Assembly: GCA_964187785.1 (NCBI GenBank) | Contig: OZ076409.1 | Span: 59,894,001 to 59,958,000 of the forward strand | DNA length: 64,000 bases | Source: Amphiscolops sp. MND2022 | Taxonomy: Eukaryota | Direction of reading: 5' to 3' | Shown here: positions 26,477 to 38,765 of the stretch, one piece after another | Layout of the letters: every line of letters begins with the position of its first letter | Position numbering within the stretch: position 1 is the stretch's first letter | Notes under the pieces: generated by a model | Told to the model about the DNA's origin: nothing | The model's input: only the letters and a program-made list of their open reading frames with translations | Database searches by the model: none | Position numbers and translations under genes: made by a program

Positions 26477-27182
26477 TGTAACGTCCACCAGTCAGCACCA
26501 AATTTTCGATGAAAAATTCGATCAAGGACCAGAAAGTGTGCGAATCAAAATGGCCGTCCTGGCAGGTCGTTGAAATCAAAAAGGAAGCACAAAAAAGAAG
26601 AAGACCCCCCACCCCGACCCAGAAAAGAAGAAAAGACACTGACACGATGTGGAAGAACAAGAAAAATGCTCGGATTTGTGTCATCTCCCCAGAAAAGTGC
26701 GTTTTCAATACAAAAATGTTCTGAGATCCAGATATCCCACAGCGAAGAAGATGAAGAGAATCGCGAATTCAATAGAAACATACCAGAGGTGCCAATCTTG
26801 ATTAATTCTGATGTCATTAGTATTGATTTGCAGATTTATGATGATGTCGGATCTGCCAGATCCTTGTAATGGAGTATTTAGACGTTATTTTCTGAAATAG
26901 AATGCATTTCAGCTAGAACCCTGTTTTCGGACCTCGGGAGTATGTAGGACCGCAGGAAGTCTTTAGGAACGTTTTTACATGCTTGTCCGGACTTTGAGTG
27001 CGCCGGCACGTCGCCACGGAGCTCTAATAAGAGGAGTCTCCACGGTGTTTTGGAAAAGTCCCTAGGAGACCTTTAGGGATGAAAAACTGGTATTTAGGCT
27101 TGTTATAGGACTATGGTCTCCTGTCTAAGCAACCTAAGTATTGTCCCAGTTCTGGTATGTGCGTTACTTGCTTGACGTTACA
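26477..27182 (+). repeat. 5' LTR of element B (706 bp)
   Basis: Perfect 9-bp terminal inverted repeat TGTAACGTC...GACGTTACA; about 3 substitutions versus 44711-45416 by eye. Confidence 0.97.
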
Positions 27183-27198
27183 TCTAGAGTAGTTTTTA

Positions 27199-27216
27199 TG
27201 GCGCCCCACAAGGGAC
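27199..27216 (+). promoter_or_regulatory. Primer-binding site, tRNA-Lys(UUU)-like
   Basis: TGGCGCCCCACAAGGGAC versus the Lys3 PBS TGGCGCCCGAACAGGGAC (3 differences); 16 nt downstream of the LTR. Confidence 0.7.
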
Positions 27217-30200
27217 ATTTTTCCATCTTTTCGCCATAATTGGAGTTTTTCCTGCTTTCCGGCCCTGCTAGGTCTGGATCTAGGAAAACTTGTTGGAGAG
27301 TTCTAGATTGTTTTTATTGCCTTATTCTAGCCCTGTGGGCCTTGTACTAGTGTTTTTCCTGCGTGTCCTGCGTATTTCCGAGGTCTGAAACCGAAAATCG
27401 ACGATTTCAGACAGTGTACCCCTTGTATTTTGATAACACCTGTTGAAAATGTTAATCCGGCCTATCCGGAACTGGTTTTAAAGGGTTTTGTAGCTCCGTT
27501 TCAGTAAATTAGCAATGTATGGGGACTGGGAGGACGAGTGCTGAAGGCCCCAATTAGCTGACGACAGTGTGTGAGCACCTCCGACATCACACCTCCAGTA
27601 CCCCTGTAGTTGCCGTATACCCACGTCAATCGGGTTATATTGCTAATTCTTGCTAATAATCGGCCCAAAAAGCATATTCCCAGGCCTGTTCCCACTAAAA
27701 TTAACTGCGGAAAATACCCTGTGGGTGTTTAGACCAGTTGATAAAAATTTTGAGCGCGAAAACCTTGAAAACAACACCATATATAGCTCAAATACCGATT
27801 TTTGAGGTGTTGAAAGTTGAAATCTAATGGAAAAGGATACGGCCAGTGGGAATACAAAAAAAAACGTTCCATCAGACCTGCTAGGTCAGGAACAGAAAAG
27901 TTTGCTGGGCTAAATTGTTGAAACATTGAGAAAATTAGCGATTTTTATAGAGAAAACATCAATTTTGGCCTAAAAGACCAAAATTGGTGAGGGCAAAGCC
28001 TTGGGCACCACCCCAAGCTCTAAGATTAGCCCAAAACGTTGTTGCCGAGCTTGGTAGTACAAAACACTACTGCCAAGACAATTTTTAGCATTCCCCAATA
28101 TAAATTGACACTTTAACTTCTGATTTTCTTTGATATACATAGACCTGAGTAGAGGACCCCATAGACCTGAGAGTAATAACATCAAAAGTAATAATTGAAA
28201 TAACCCCACTCCTCTAAATAAAGTTGTCACACTTTCTTACTGTACTGTTAGAACCATCCCGAACATCTGGGAACCGAGAAATAAAAAGTTCCTAGGGAAA
28301 ATACGTATTTTTCACATTGTTCCCAGAGTGTCAAAGGTGCAACTTGATAGTTATTTTGGAAGACCTTATATGGAACCTGCCAGGTTTCGCACGCCTATTT
28401 TCCGTTAGTATAGGGCATAACGTTGCAAACGCAGAAAACCGCGAGTAATTCCAACCAGTAGTTGCTGAGAAATAGCCGAAAACGCGTTGTTTTTGCGACA
28501 TTTTCGGAACACTGGAGTAGTGTCCCCAAGATAGGTCGAAATCTCTCCTAGTAGGAGTAGCTCAAAACGGATTGAACCATCGTGTCGACCGTAAAAAGTT
28601 ACGTCAGTGGTGTAATTTTCGTAGCGCTACCATTACTAGTGATCGAGAAATCTTAGCCGCAGTTTTGCTCAAAAATTGTACGAAACTGTCAAAAAAATCG
28701 AATTTTAGTTGAGCATAGTGCAATACCTTTGGAGTATCCCAGCACTGAAATTCTTGCAGTTTCGTACACACAGCACTAGGTCCCGACGATTTGTGCATTT
28801 TGAGCAGCTTGCTACTGTCCAAATTGGAGAAATTGACATTTTTGTGAATTTTTGCCCCAGGAAGTGACAAATAGGGTACATCATAGTTTTGTCAACTCGG
28901 ATTGCGGAATATTGACCTGGGCACCCCGCTATTTTGTTTTTCTGTTACGTGGGCATAATTTACGCTCGCATACAAAATTTCAGCTGGCTAGGAAGCCTAG
29001 AAGGCGAGTTTGACAAACTTTTGAAAATTTCACAACATAGTCGATTCTTCAAACAACATTCTGAAGCGACCCCAAGTCTTATATAATCAATTTTGGCGCA
29101 ATCGGCGGTGATTTTCCCACGATTTGGTTACAGTAGTATACCGTGTTAATTTTTCAGGTCGCTAGTTGCTCTAGAAGTGATATTCACCTTCCCCAGGCGT
29201 GCACTTTGGCGAAAGAATTGCCGATTTTGAGAAATTTTGCGAAAAATTATACACTTTTCGTAGGTGTAGTTGCAAGTGAAAGTTTAAGCGACCCTAATTC
29301 TACACCAGGCATCATAGCACGTCCCATTGAAGTAATCGGAATAGAGCTAGCTCAACCCTAAAACCTTGGGTTTGTCAAAAAGCTGTCTACGAGACATAGG
29401 AGTGCAAAACACAAAAACTGTATTTTCTCTCCCAACGACCACCAGGGTCACCTAAGTGCAAACTGATAGGTGTATTCAGGTTTGCCTCGACTAAGGAGTG
29501 ACGCGAGAGAGCTAGAACGCAATTAGGAGTTCTCTAGGAGACGTGGATAGTGGACGCGGTGCGTCTCGAGACAGAAAATTGAGTATAGTAGCATTCGAAA
29601 TTGTAAAGAACTTTGTTTCCATTGATCGTGCTACGATCAGATTACGATAACTCTCTTGTTTGAAAGTGTCCTAACACCTACTCACCCCCAAGGTCTAGTT
29701 CCCAACACCCCTTGTTGTAGCAACACCACAGGTGCTCTCCTATTGAAAGTCAGTACGAGTGACATAGTGTACGCTCCCAGAAGAAAAGCGCGGTGATTTC
29801 TTGAATAAATCTCTGCAAAGTTCTGATAGCGCGCCAAAACCTTTAGTTATCCCAACCACATAGCCTGTGGCTGGATAAAGCGTAGTTTAGTGTGAATAAC
29901 TGTAAAAAAAACTTAAAAAGCTTAACTTTAAATTTGCGTAGAATAACTATCTCCAGTTAGTGGGGAAACAAACCTTTCTGTTCTGATTAGTGGTGACTAA
30001 CACCAGTGCATGTAATCTTGAGTTAGTGCATGTAATTAGGAGTGTGAAGTTTATGACAGTCAGCTGATCTCGAAATAGAATCAAGAGGGCGATCACGAGC
30101 TACAAACTCCAGAACTTAATAGTACGACAGTTTAGTTAGAATATCTGAGAAAGGGATATCAAAACTTCCATTTTGAGTTGCCTTTAATTTAGTTTGTTGA

Positions 30201-30269
30201 AGAGAAGGAGTGAGTGAAAGACGAAAGAAAATCTAACTTAGTTGAGCTGCAAAAACTGTGCAAGTAAAA

Positions 30270-32910
30270 ATGAGTTTGAGTGAGTGGGAATACTTGTTAT
30301 TCGTGAGTGAGACATCATTGTAGTCTAGTGAATTCCATGCTACCAACCCGTTCGCGAACAACATAGAAGAGTTGCATACCCTGAGTACACAAGCTGAAAT
30401 AGCACCGCTGGATATGATCGCCGACCTGTTTTTAGACGACGTAATGTCAGATAACGTGTCTAACATTGAGCAAAATTCGCAAATTGCGCATACAAGCCAA
30501 GCAAATTCCTCAAAGATGTCCTTTGATAGCACCGAACTTGCTAATGAGACTCCCATGAACCATTCCAACGTATGGCCTCCTCTGAACACTTCCGTGATTG
30601 TTACCGGGGACTGGCCGAACTCGAATAGAGAAGTAGCTACTAGCTCCGATATCAGTAAGTGGGTTGAGAATATGAATGTGGGCATGACTTTGGGAGAAAT
30701 CACCCCTCACTTACTTGGGCACAAGTGCGGACCCGCTGGGTTCCGGAATACCAGTGTTTGATAGTAGTAGAAATACACTGGGTGACACAACGATAGCTCC
30801 TTCGGAAAGTCAGCCGGGAAAGCGGAAGACCAGAAAAGGAGTGACTCTCCAGAACTATGCCTCCACTACACCACCATTGCTGGGTCCCAGCACCTTACGA
30901 CTGGAACGCACGGTAGCGCCCCAACACTCCGATGCCGGCAGTGCAGCATCCCCAAATTCGACGATCGCCAGAGGTATCAAAGAAACTGAAGCCATACGAG
31001 AAGATTTTGGACGTAGTATGGAACAATTGAAACGAGTCCAAGTAAAGTTAGCCCAGGAAAACACTGACCATGTCCGTCGGGCAGAAGTTTTGGTGATGGA
31101 AGTAGAAGAGTTACGAAAGGAGGTGAGTGAGATCAAGATGGAAGGACGAGTCAACCAGGGCAAGATAGAAACCTCCGTGGCATCAGTCAAGGACCTGACG
31201 GAAAAACGTATATCGGAGATGACGGCAATAATGGTGCAAAGAGATCGGCAAGCGGAAGAGCGCCTAAAACACATGTCCGAAATGATGCACCACAGAGATT
31301 TAGATGTCGACAAACGCATGGTGGACCTCATGACTACGGTCCAGGATTTAACCCTAGGGGTGAAGACCGTAGTGATGACGACACCAAACCGTCCCTCACC
31401 CGTGCCGGTGGCACCAAACCCTGCAGACATACCATCTACGAGTGCGTTTCCTAGTAAGCACCCCTCCTATCGAGAAGTTGCCAAATGCCAATGTGTGACG
31501 AAACCGGATCAGAAAAAACAGCCAAAGTTACAACCACCCGCAGCGTACAAGCAGGTGCCGATGAAAACCCAATTGTCAACAACCACTCAAACTGAAGTAC
31601 ACCGCTGTGACATATCAGGCCCTCATTCATTTGACCCATATGCTAGAGGTGCCTCAACGACTGGAGATTATTACTCAGCGGCCAGTGACCTAATGCATAG
31701 TAACATGAAAACAGCATCAGGAAGTACCGAATATCAAACTGCTGTTTCGTCAATGCTTGGCACAAAACGCTCAATGTTACCCCATAGTAACGACCAATTA
31801 CGGCCATTGGCCTCTAGCACGCAAAGGAAGACAATCTCGAGAAGGAACCTGAACACTGGAACGGTGGAAGGAGCTGCCAAGGACAAGGTCAATGCTCCGA
31901 ACCCTATACACAGCCAAGCGTTGGCGGAAGCAATAACCACCGCGATGTCCAAAGGTCTGGAGCCATTATTAGCAGCCAAAGAATCCAAGAACAAACCTAC
32001 CAAGTATCGTGGCACACGCGATGGAATAGTGGATGGCTTGCTAATGCTGATGAGGCGTTACCTGGAAAAAGCCCATGCAAAAGACACTCCTTTAGACAGA
32101 GCATGGACCATTGTGGAGTTCCTAGAAAATGAAGCACGGGACTATATTACGAATAAATCAGAAGCGGAACGCGATACTGATGAAAAAGTCTTCGCGCTGC
32201 TAGCACGAAGCTTTGGAACAGGATCTAATAAGATCCAAATACAACAACAGTTCCGTACACGTAATCAGTCCCCGGATGAAGACTACATGCAATACCTTGA
32301 CGCATTGGAAGGTTTGCGCAGCCAAGGTTTTCCCAACGAGGAAGTTGCGTTGAGGCGCTATGAAATTATGCAGAAGTTCATCGAAGGGGTACGAAGTTAT
32401 GAGTTGAAACGAAACCTTGCACTCATGTATGCACAGGAACAGTATGTGGACACACCCCCCAACTGTGGAGGCCTTACGATTCACGGTACAACAATACCTG
32501 CGTATGCGTGGTTCGACACGTTCGGAAAATTATTCTGCACCACAACAACAACAACAGCCGCCTATCGCAGCGAACCCGCAAAACCAAGCACAGGCACAAG
32601 CCCCTCAAGCGCCCAACGCCCAGCAACTCCCACAACAGCCTCCAGCTTTCCGACAACAACAGCAGCGAACATGTTTCAACTGTCGAGATCCTTCACACTT
32701 TGCAGCTGATTGTCCTTTGAAAGACCGAGCACGGAAACCAGTACAGCAAATAGTTAGGTCGTGTCGCACGAACACAGCTGGAGAATGGGTGTGCCCATCG
32801 AACCCACGCGGCATGAATGATGACTTAATGCCTGCAACCCTACCAGAACAAGGAACATCAGCATTTTGTGTTAATTGTGGTCATGTAGGTCACGTGGCAT
32901 CTGATTGTAT
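30270..32910 (+). pseudogene. gag: Gag region of element B (long N-terminus, coiled coil, capsid-like domain, two CCHC knuckles)
   Basis: Joins ORFs 30372, 30715 and 32417. Capsid-like KPTKYRG...QFRTRNQSPDEDYMQYLDALEGL. Knuckles CFNCRDPSHFAADC (32672-32713) and CVNCGHVGHVASDC (32867-32908). In-frame TAG at 30321, frameshifts near 30710 and at the C-run near 32460. Start codon inferred. Confidence 0.88.
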
Positions 32911-35900
32911 GACGCCTCACAATGTTGCAACGGAAGAACAAGTAAAAGCGGCGTGGTACGCCCCGGTCGCAAACTCAACAGACTTTTGCGATTCAGAGGA
33001 TCAAATAAGGGTGATCTCGACTTCAGAAGACGGAGGCCCATCACGCCCTGTGGTTGTAACTTGTGGTGAGAAACAAATCTTGACGACACTTGAGGCACCA
33101 GCGCCTGACTGTACTGAAACACTAATATCCATCCATCTGTTGTTATCCGCGGAACAAAAGGCGCGTCCAAATCTCACATTAGCACAATTGAAAGAAGAAC
33201 TGTGCCGCAATACCAGTTTGACGATAGCTTCGCGACCACTACCCCACTTTACCTGGAATGATGAGACCAAGCTGGCCCAGATACAGAGAGTGAAGACAAT
33301 CGCACCAGTCCCCGTAGCGATCACAGTTGACGGAGTGGACATGAGGTTTGATTCGATTGTTGTCCTGGAAGGACACTTTCCGCTAGGCCTATATCTGGGC
33401 AGGCAAGAACTGCGTTGTTATAGCATTGGAGTGCAAGATGCACAAGGAGAGGCCCAGATTGATGAGCGAGCCTCGCTAGTAGTAGCCATCGGAACTCCTC
33501 TGCAAAAGCCGATACCACTTTTCGGCATGATTGACACCTGTTCGGGAGTTTCCATCCTTTCATTGAGTGCGTACAAGAAGATTGCTTCCCAGCACACGCT
33601 GAGCCTATCACCATATGACGTTGAACTCTTCGCTGCCAATGGCAAAAGCATCACCACCGTGGGTATAGCCGAAGATGTAAACTTTCAGCTCGGCGGATAC
33701 ACTCTGAAGACCAACTTTGTAGTCATAGCCGATCAAAATGGGTCAGAGGATTTCCTCCTGGGTCGCAATTTCTTGCGCACATACAACGTGTTCGTGGACC
33801 TGACAGCAATGAAAGTGACTATCCGTGATCCCAAATAACCTCGAATCTTCAAAGCCACTCATGAGGTAAGCGACCACGAACCATCGTTTGTAGTTTCCAC
33901 TGAAGACGTAATACTAGGTCCATTCGAAAGGAAGATTGTGCGCGCGAAAATCATCACGCAACAACCTGACATTTTCCTGTTTCGTAATGTAACGGTCCAG
34001 TCATGTAGCATAAAGTCCAGTTCAGTCTTTGTTTCAGAAGATACACTGACTTCTGTGGGAGAAGGAGGTATAGTATTTTTAGCCATCCGAAACCAAACTG
34101 ATAAAGAACGGGTGAAAATCAAAGCACAAACTGTTATTGGCAAAGCGGCGCTTACCACTTTTGTATTGAACTCTGTTCTTATGCAAACTGAAGGTGAAGC
34201 TTCGAAGCTTTCTGCCGAATATGTAAATCAAGTACATAGAAACTTTGATATGGACACCAGTTCAGAATTCAGTTCCTTTGCCCAAAACTTTTTATCTTCG
34301 ACCGAACCGTCTGAGGCAGATTTATCAGATAATGAAAAGCGCAAAAGGACAGATCCACAGCTGCTAAAAGCAATCCCAGGCCCTGACCTCTCTTCCGTCC
34401 TTTCTTCATGGGGGGGAAAAGGCGAGAAACAAGTTAGAAACTATATTAAATGAGTATGAAGACCTATTCATGAAAAATAAGTCTGACATAGGTAGGTGTA
34501 AGATTGCAAAGCACAAGATAGAGCTAGAGCCGGAGGCTATACCACACCGAGAAGGAGCTAGGCGAATGTCCCCTGATAAGGCGGCGAAAGCCAATCAGGA
34601 AGTGCAAAATTTGCTGGCCCTTGGTCTGATACAACCCTCCTACTCTCCGTGGGCCAGTGGCATAGTCATGGTGAAAAAGAAATCAGGCGAGCTTCGCTTT
34701 TGCTGTGACTTCCGCCCGCTAAATGATGTAACAGTGAAGGACGCATTTCCACTACCCAGAATCGATGAAAGCCTCTCGAGGATTGGGAATGCAAAGATCT
34801 TCACGAGCATCGATTTGGCGTGGGCCTTTTGGCTAATTCCACTGAAGAAGCGTGTTCGCAGAAAAACGGCGTTCGCGTGTGAACTTGGCCTGTTTGAATG
34901 GCGGCGCATGCCCTTCGGGCTATGCAATGCATCGGCCACTTTTCAGTGATCGATCACGAGAGCTCTACAGAAGATCCAACAACGACATGGAAGCGTTAGC
35001 ATGGCATACATAGATGACATAGTGATTGCGACAGAAACCATTGAAGACCACTTGGAAAGAATCAGAGAAGTGTTCGAGTGTCTCAGAGAGGCAGGTTTCA
35101 AGATGCGAGCAGAGAAATGTGACTTCATGCGCACTGAAACCAAGTACCTCGGAAGAGTAGTTTCGGCCAAAGGCATAAAGCCTGACCCGGCTGCTGTTAG
35201 CAAAATCCAAGAATGGATGCCCCCGAGAAACAGAGAAGAATTACAGAGCTTCCTTGGATTTGCGAACTACTACCGAGATTTCATTCCTTTTCATGCTGCT
35301 AAGGTGCAACCTTTGCAGGAGTTGTTAAGGAAGAACCAACACTTCTACTGGAAAGAAAGACACCAAGAAGCGTTCGATGCAGTAAAGCAGGCATTGGTCG
35401 ATGCCACAGCTTTGGCAGCGCCTAACGAAGAGGGACGTTTCGTTCTAGACACGGATGCCAGTGCAGTTGCTATAGCCGACATACTGCACCAAGAGCAACA
35501 ATACAATGGGAAAACCATTCTTCGTCCTATTGTTTACGGCAGCAAGTCACTGACTAAAACACAAAGGAATTAAGGCGCCCCGAAGCTGGAAATGTATGCA
35601 GTATTCTATTTCATCGAGAAATTTCATTCCTACCTTGCAGGTCGGGAATTCACGCTGCGTGTGGACAACCAGGCTCTCTCATGGCTGAAGACATATTCAA
35701 TGGATCAAGCCATGATTGGACGCTGGATTGCGCGCCTCGACCAATATCATTTCAACACGATTCACAGACCGCGCACACAACATAGAAATGTGGATGGTCT
35801 TAGCAAAAGGACCAATGACTACGTACATCGGGAGAAGATCGTGGAAACTCTACCAGAAGTGAGCAAGGGAGTCAGCTTCATGCCCCAGAAAGACTACGAA

Positions 35901-38765
35901 GAACTCCCCACTGTGCCCTATATCGACAAACATGGAAAATTTATTCCAAACCATCCAGAGCTTCCACCAGAAGCTCGAGCACAACTTCCAGTGCTGTACA
36001 TTTTGAAAAAGCCACCAAAAGAAGACCTAACCTCAGACCCGTCCTTGAGTTCCATACCATGGTACCCACAGGTGCAATGGGAAACAACTCCGACTTCGAC
36101 CGAATTGTATCCTTAGCGTAACAACCAAAGTGCCGGCGGCACGTCTGGACACCACCCAACGTGACCCAGCAGTGCGTAGGTTGCCAACGCAGTGTCAGGA
36201 ACAAGCTGACGTCCTCAGGCTAGTCGGGACCGAGCTTCACGAGCATCAGTCAACAATGCGCGGATTGAAAGATCTTCATCTAGCTCAAAACAGAGATGTA
36301 CATCTGCTAGCGTTGAAGAAACTCATGAAGAACGAGCCATTAGAGGATACGTTGTTCCCCGAAGACATGCAGGACTTTGCCAAACGGTACTTTCACCAGA
36401 AGAAAGACTTACTGTTCCTGAACCAGAATGATATCTTGTGTGTCAACTACATTCCGCAGCAACGCGCGATGCACATACGACCGTGTATGATCGTCATGCC
36501 CCAGCTATACCAACACGAAATCTTGTACAGAGGGCACGACGAGTCAGGACACCAAGGCGTTGGTAAAGTGTTGGCAAGAATCCAGGAGTCCAGGAGCGCC
36601 ACACTTGGCCAGGCATCAAGCGTGATGTTGTCAATCATATTATGCACTGCTTAACATGCCAACAGACGAAGCATCCCGCTGGGAATCCCTGTTATCCGTT
36701 ACAAAGTATCAACAGCAGCAACTTTAATGACCTGGTGCAGTTCGACCATTTGAAGTTGTGCAAAACAACGTCAGGAAATAATGGATTGCTAGTCGTCATC
36801 GACCATTTCACTAAATTTGCAGAGGCAATCCCATGTGCACACGACGAATATGACGCCCAGACGACTGCAAAGATTATCCTGAACAAATGGTTTGCAAGAC
36901 ACGGCACTCCTGCCAGGATGCAATCAGACAATGCCACCAACTTTACTGCTGAGATTGCTCAAGAACTGATGAAAGCTTCGCAAGTAACCAAAATAACGTC
37001 TACTCCAGCTCATCCGAGAGGCAATGGTTCAGTGGAACGTCAAAACCGAACATTACTGACCTTGCTCCGAGTCTATACGTCTCGAAGAATGCTTGACTGG
37101 GATGAACACATAGACGGAGTCTTGGGTGCTTATAATTCAACCAGACATGCAACGACAGGATTTTCCCCGTATATGCTCCAACATGGCGCAGAAAAATCCA
37201 TTCTACTCTCGTTTATATACACAGAATTCGCAGCGCAAGAGTTTGAGTCCAAAGAAGAATTTGTGGAGCACCTACTTGCTCGACAACAAGAAATCCACGA
37301 ACTTGTTCGCCGAAACACACACCAGGCGCAAATACGACAAAAACAGAAGTTCGACAAGCATTTGAAAGCAAAAGCTCACGCGGTGGGTGATGCTGTTTGG
37401 GTTTTCTGCCACATAATTCCTAAAGGTGGCACCCGCAAACTCCTTCGTGCCTGGCGTGGACCTCACAAGGTCACAGATGTATTACAAGATGGAAGATTAT
37501 ACGTTTTGGATACAGGACAAAAGGTTTACTTCGAACGCCTGAAGATGCATGTGCCTGCGCCGTGGGATTGGGCGGCACATCAACCCTTTGGGTTAGACCA
37601 GAATGTTGCCATCATTGCAGACCCATACGTGGAAGAAAGTAATGAGGAAATAACGTCAGACATATCACGTGACTCATTTCTTCCAGAACAATTGCCAGAG
37701 GCATCATTCGAGATGGAACCGACCGCGCCCGTTCCCCCAAGCACGATTCAAACACGTACTCAGTCTGCTTTGGAACGGGGAATCCCTCGAAGACGATTCA
37801 GTCATTTTGGATACCCTTCTGAGTCGGAATCCGACCAAGAACAAATGGGTCAACCCATTGAAGAGCCACAACAACCAATGATCTACCCTGATATCGATGA
37901 TTTGGAACCACTGTATTCCGATCAAGAGGAAGTCAGGCCAGAACCAACACCAAGTCTGATACCCTCGCCAACAGGAACATCAGCACCATTGCTCTCAAAC
38001 CCAGCTTTAACCGACACATTGAGCAATTTTCCACTATTCAGTTCTCGAGCTGGTAGCTCGGCAGGACTACAAACTATCGAGGAACCCGAACCCCAAGAAA
38101 GAACTGACAGAGAAATTCCAGAACCCGGACACAGCATGGAAACATCGCCATCATCGGGGAGAACCGCGAGTAGAAGAGGCAGGCCAAGAGGCAGACCTCC
38201 AAATCGTAGAAGAGGAAGTGCCAACTCATCAAGCAGAGCACTTGCAAGCACGCACCGACCGTACACCAGATCGAGAGGCAGATTGCGAACCAGAACACAA
38301 TCTCAAACCTTGGAACGTGCAATGTCACTACCCAACATCGCAGAAAGCTTATCATCAGAGCAACCAGAAGCGGAACAAACAACAACCTCACGAGCACCAC
38401 CCTATTTGCTGCGACGCAATAGAACTCCTAGATATCGCTGCGGAACATGTGGTTCCCGTAACTGTAGTTGCCTCAACCTAATTAGTGGAAAACCACCAGA
38501 CAAGCGATTGGCCCGGGGAGTAGACGCTCTTGCCCCAGACACAGCTGTTACTGAAACAACGGAAGACCACATGCAACACATCCGAAGCATACAAGCTAAG
38601 GACCAAGAGGTTCCACAAGTACATCATGTTGTGATTACCGTGGAAAAGACCTATTCGAGCATTGGACCAGCCGTGGTCCCACCCCTGGAAACCACACTAA
38701 AAGCCATGCAAGAAACATCTCCCACTCCCACCATCGATGATGTTTGGAAGAATAGAACCAAGTGA
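32911..38765 (+). pseudogene. pol: Pol of element B: protease, dUTPase-like insert, RT, RNase H, integrase with GPY/F module, long disordered tail
   Basis: PR IDTCSG...LLGRNFL; RT SPWASG, RFCCDFR, MPFGLCNA, YIDD; RH DTDAS, KLE, VDNQAL; IN HHCC (HDESGH...CLTC) and DDE (QFDH, SDNA, VERQN). Stops at 33836, 34947 and 35571; frameshifts at the G-run near 34410, near 36110 and at the 8-bp duplication TCCAGGAG (36581-36596). Confidence 0.95.

Noticed and set aside
26376..26869. Lys/Arg-rich ORFs (repeated at 44631-45103)
   Set aside because: They lie within the LTRs and repeat only because the LTR does; no protein motifs.
32451..32461. Programmed gag-pol frameshift at the C-run
   Set aside because: It falls inside Gag before the zinc knuckles, has no canonical slippery heptamer, and is simply explained by one extra C.
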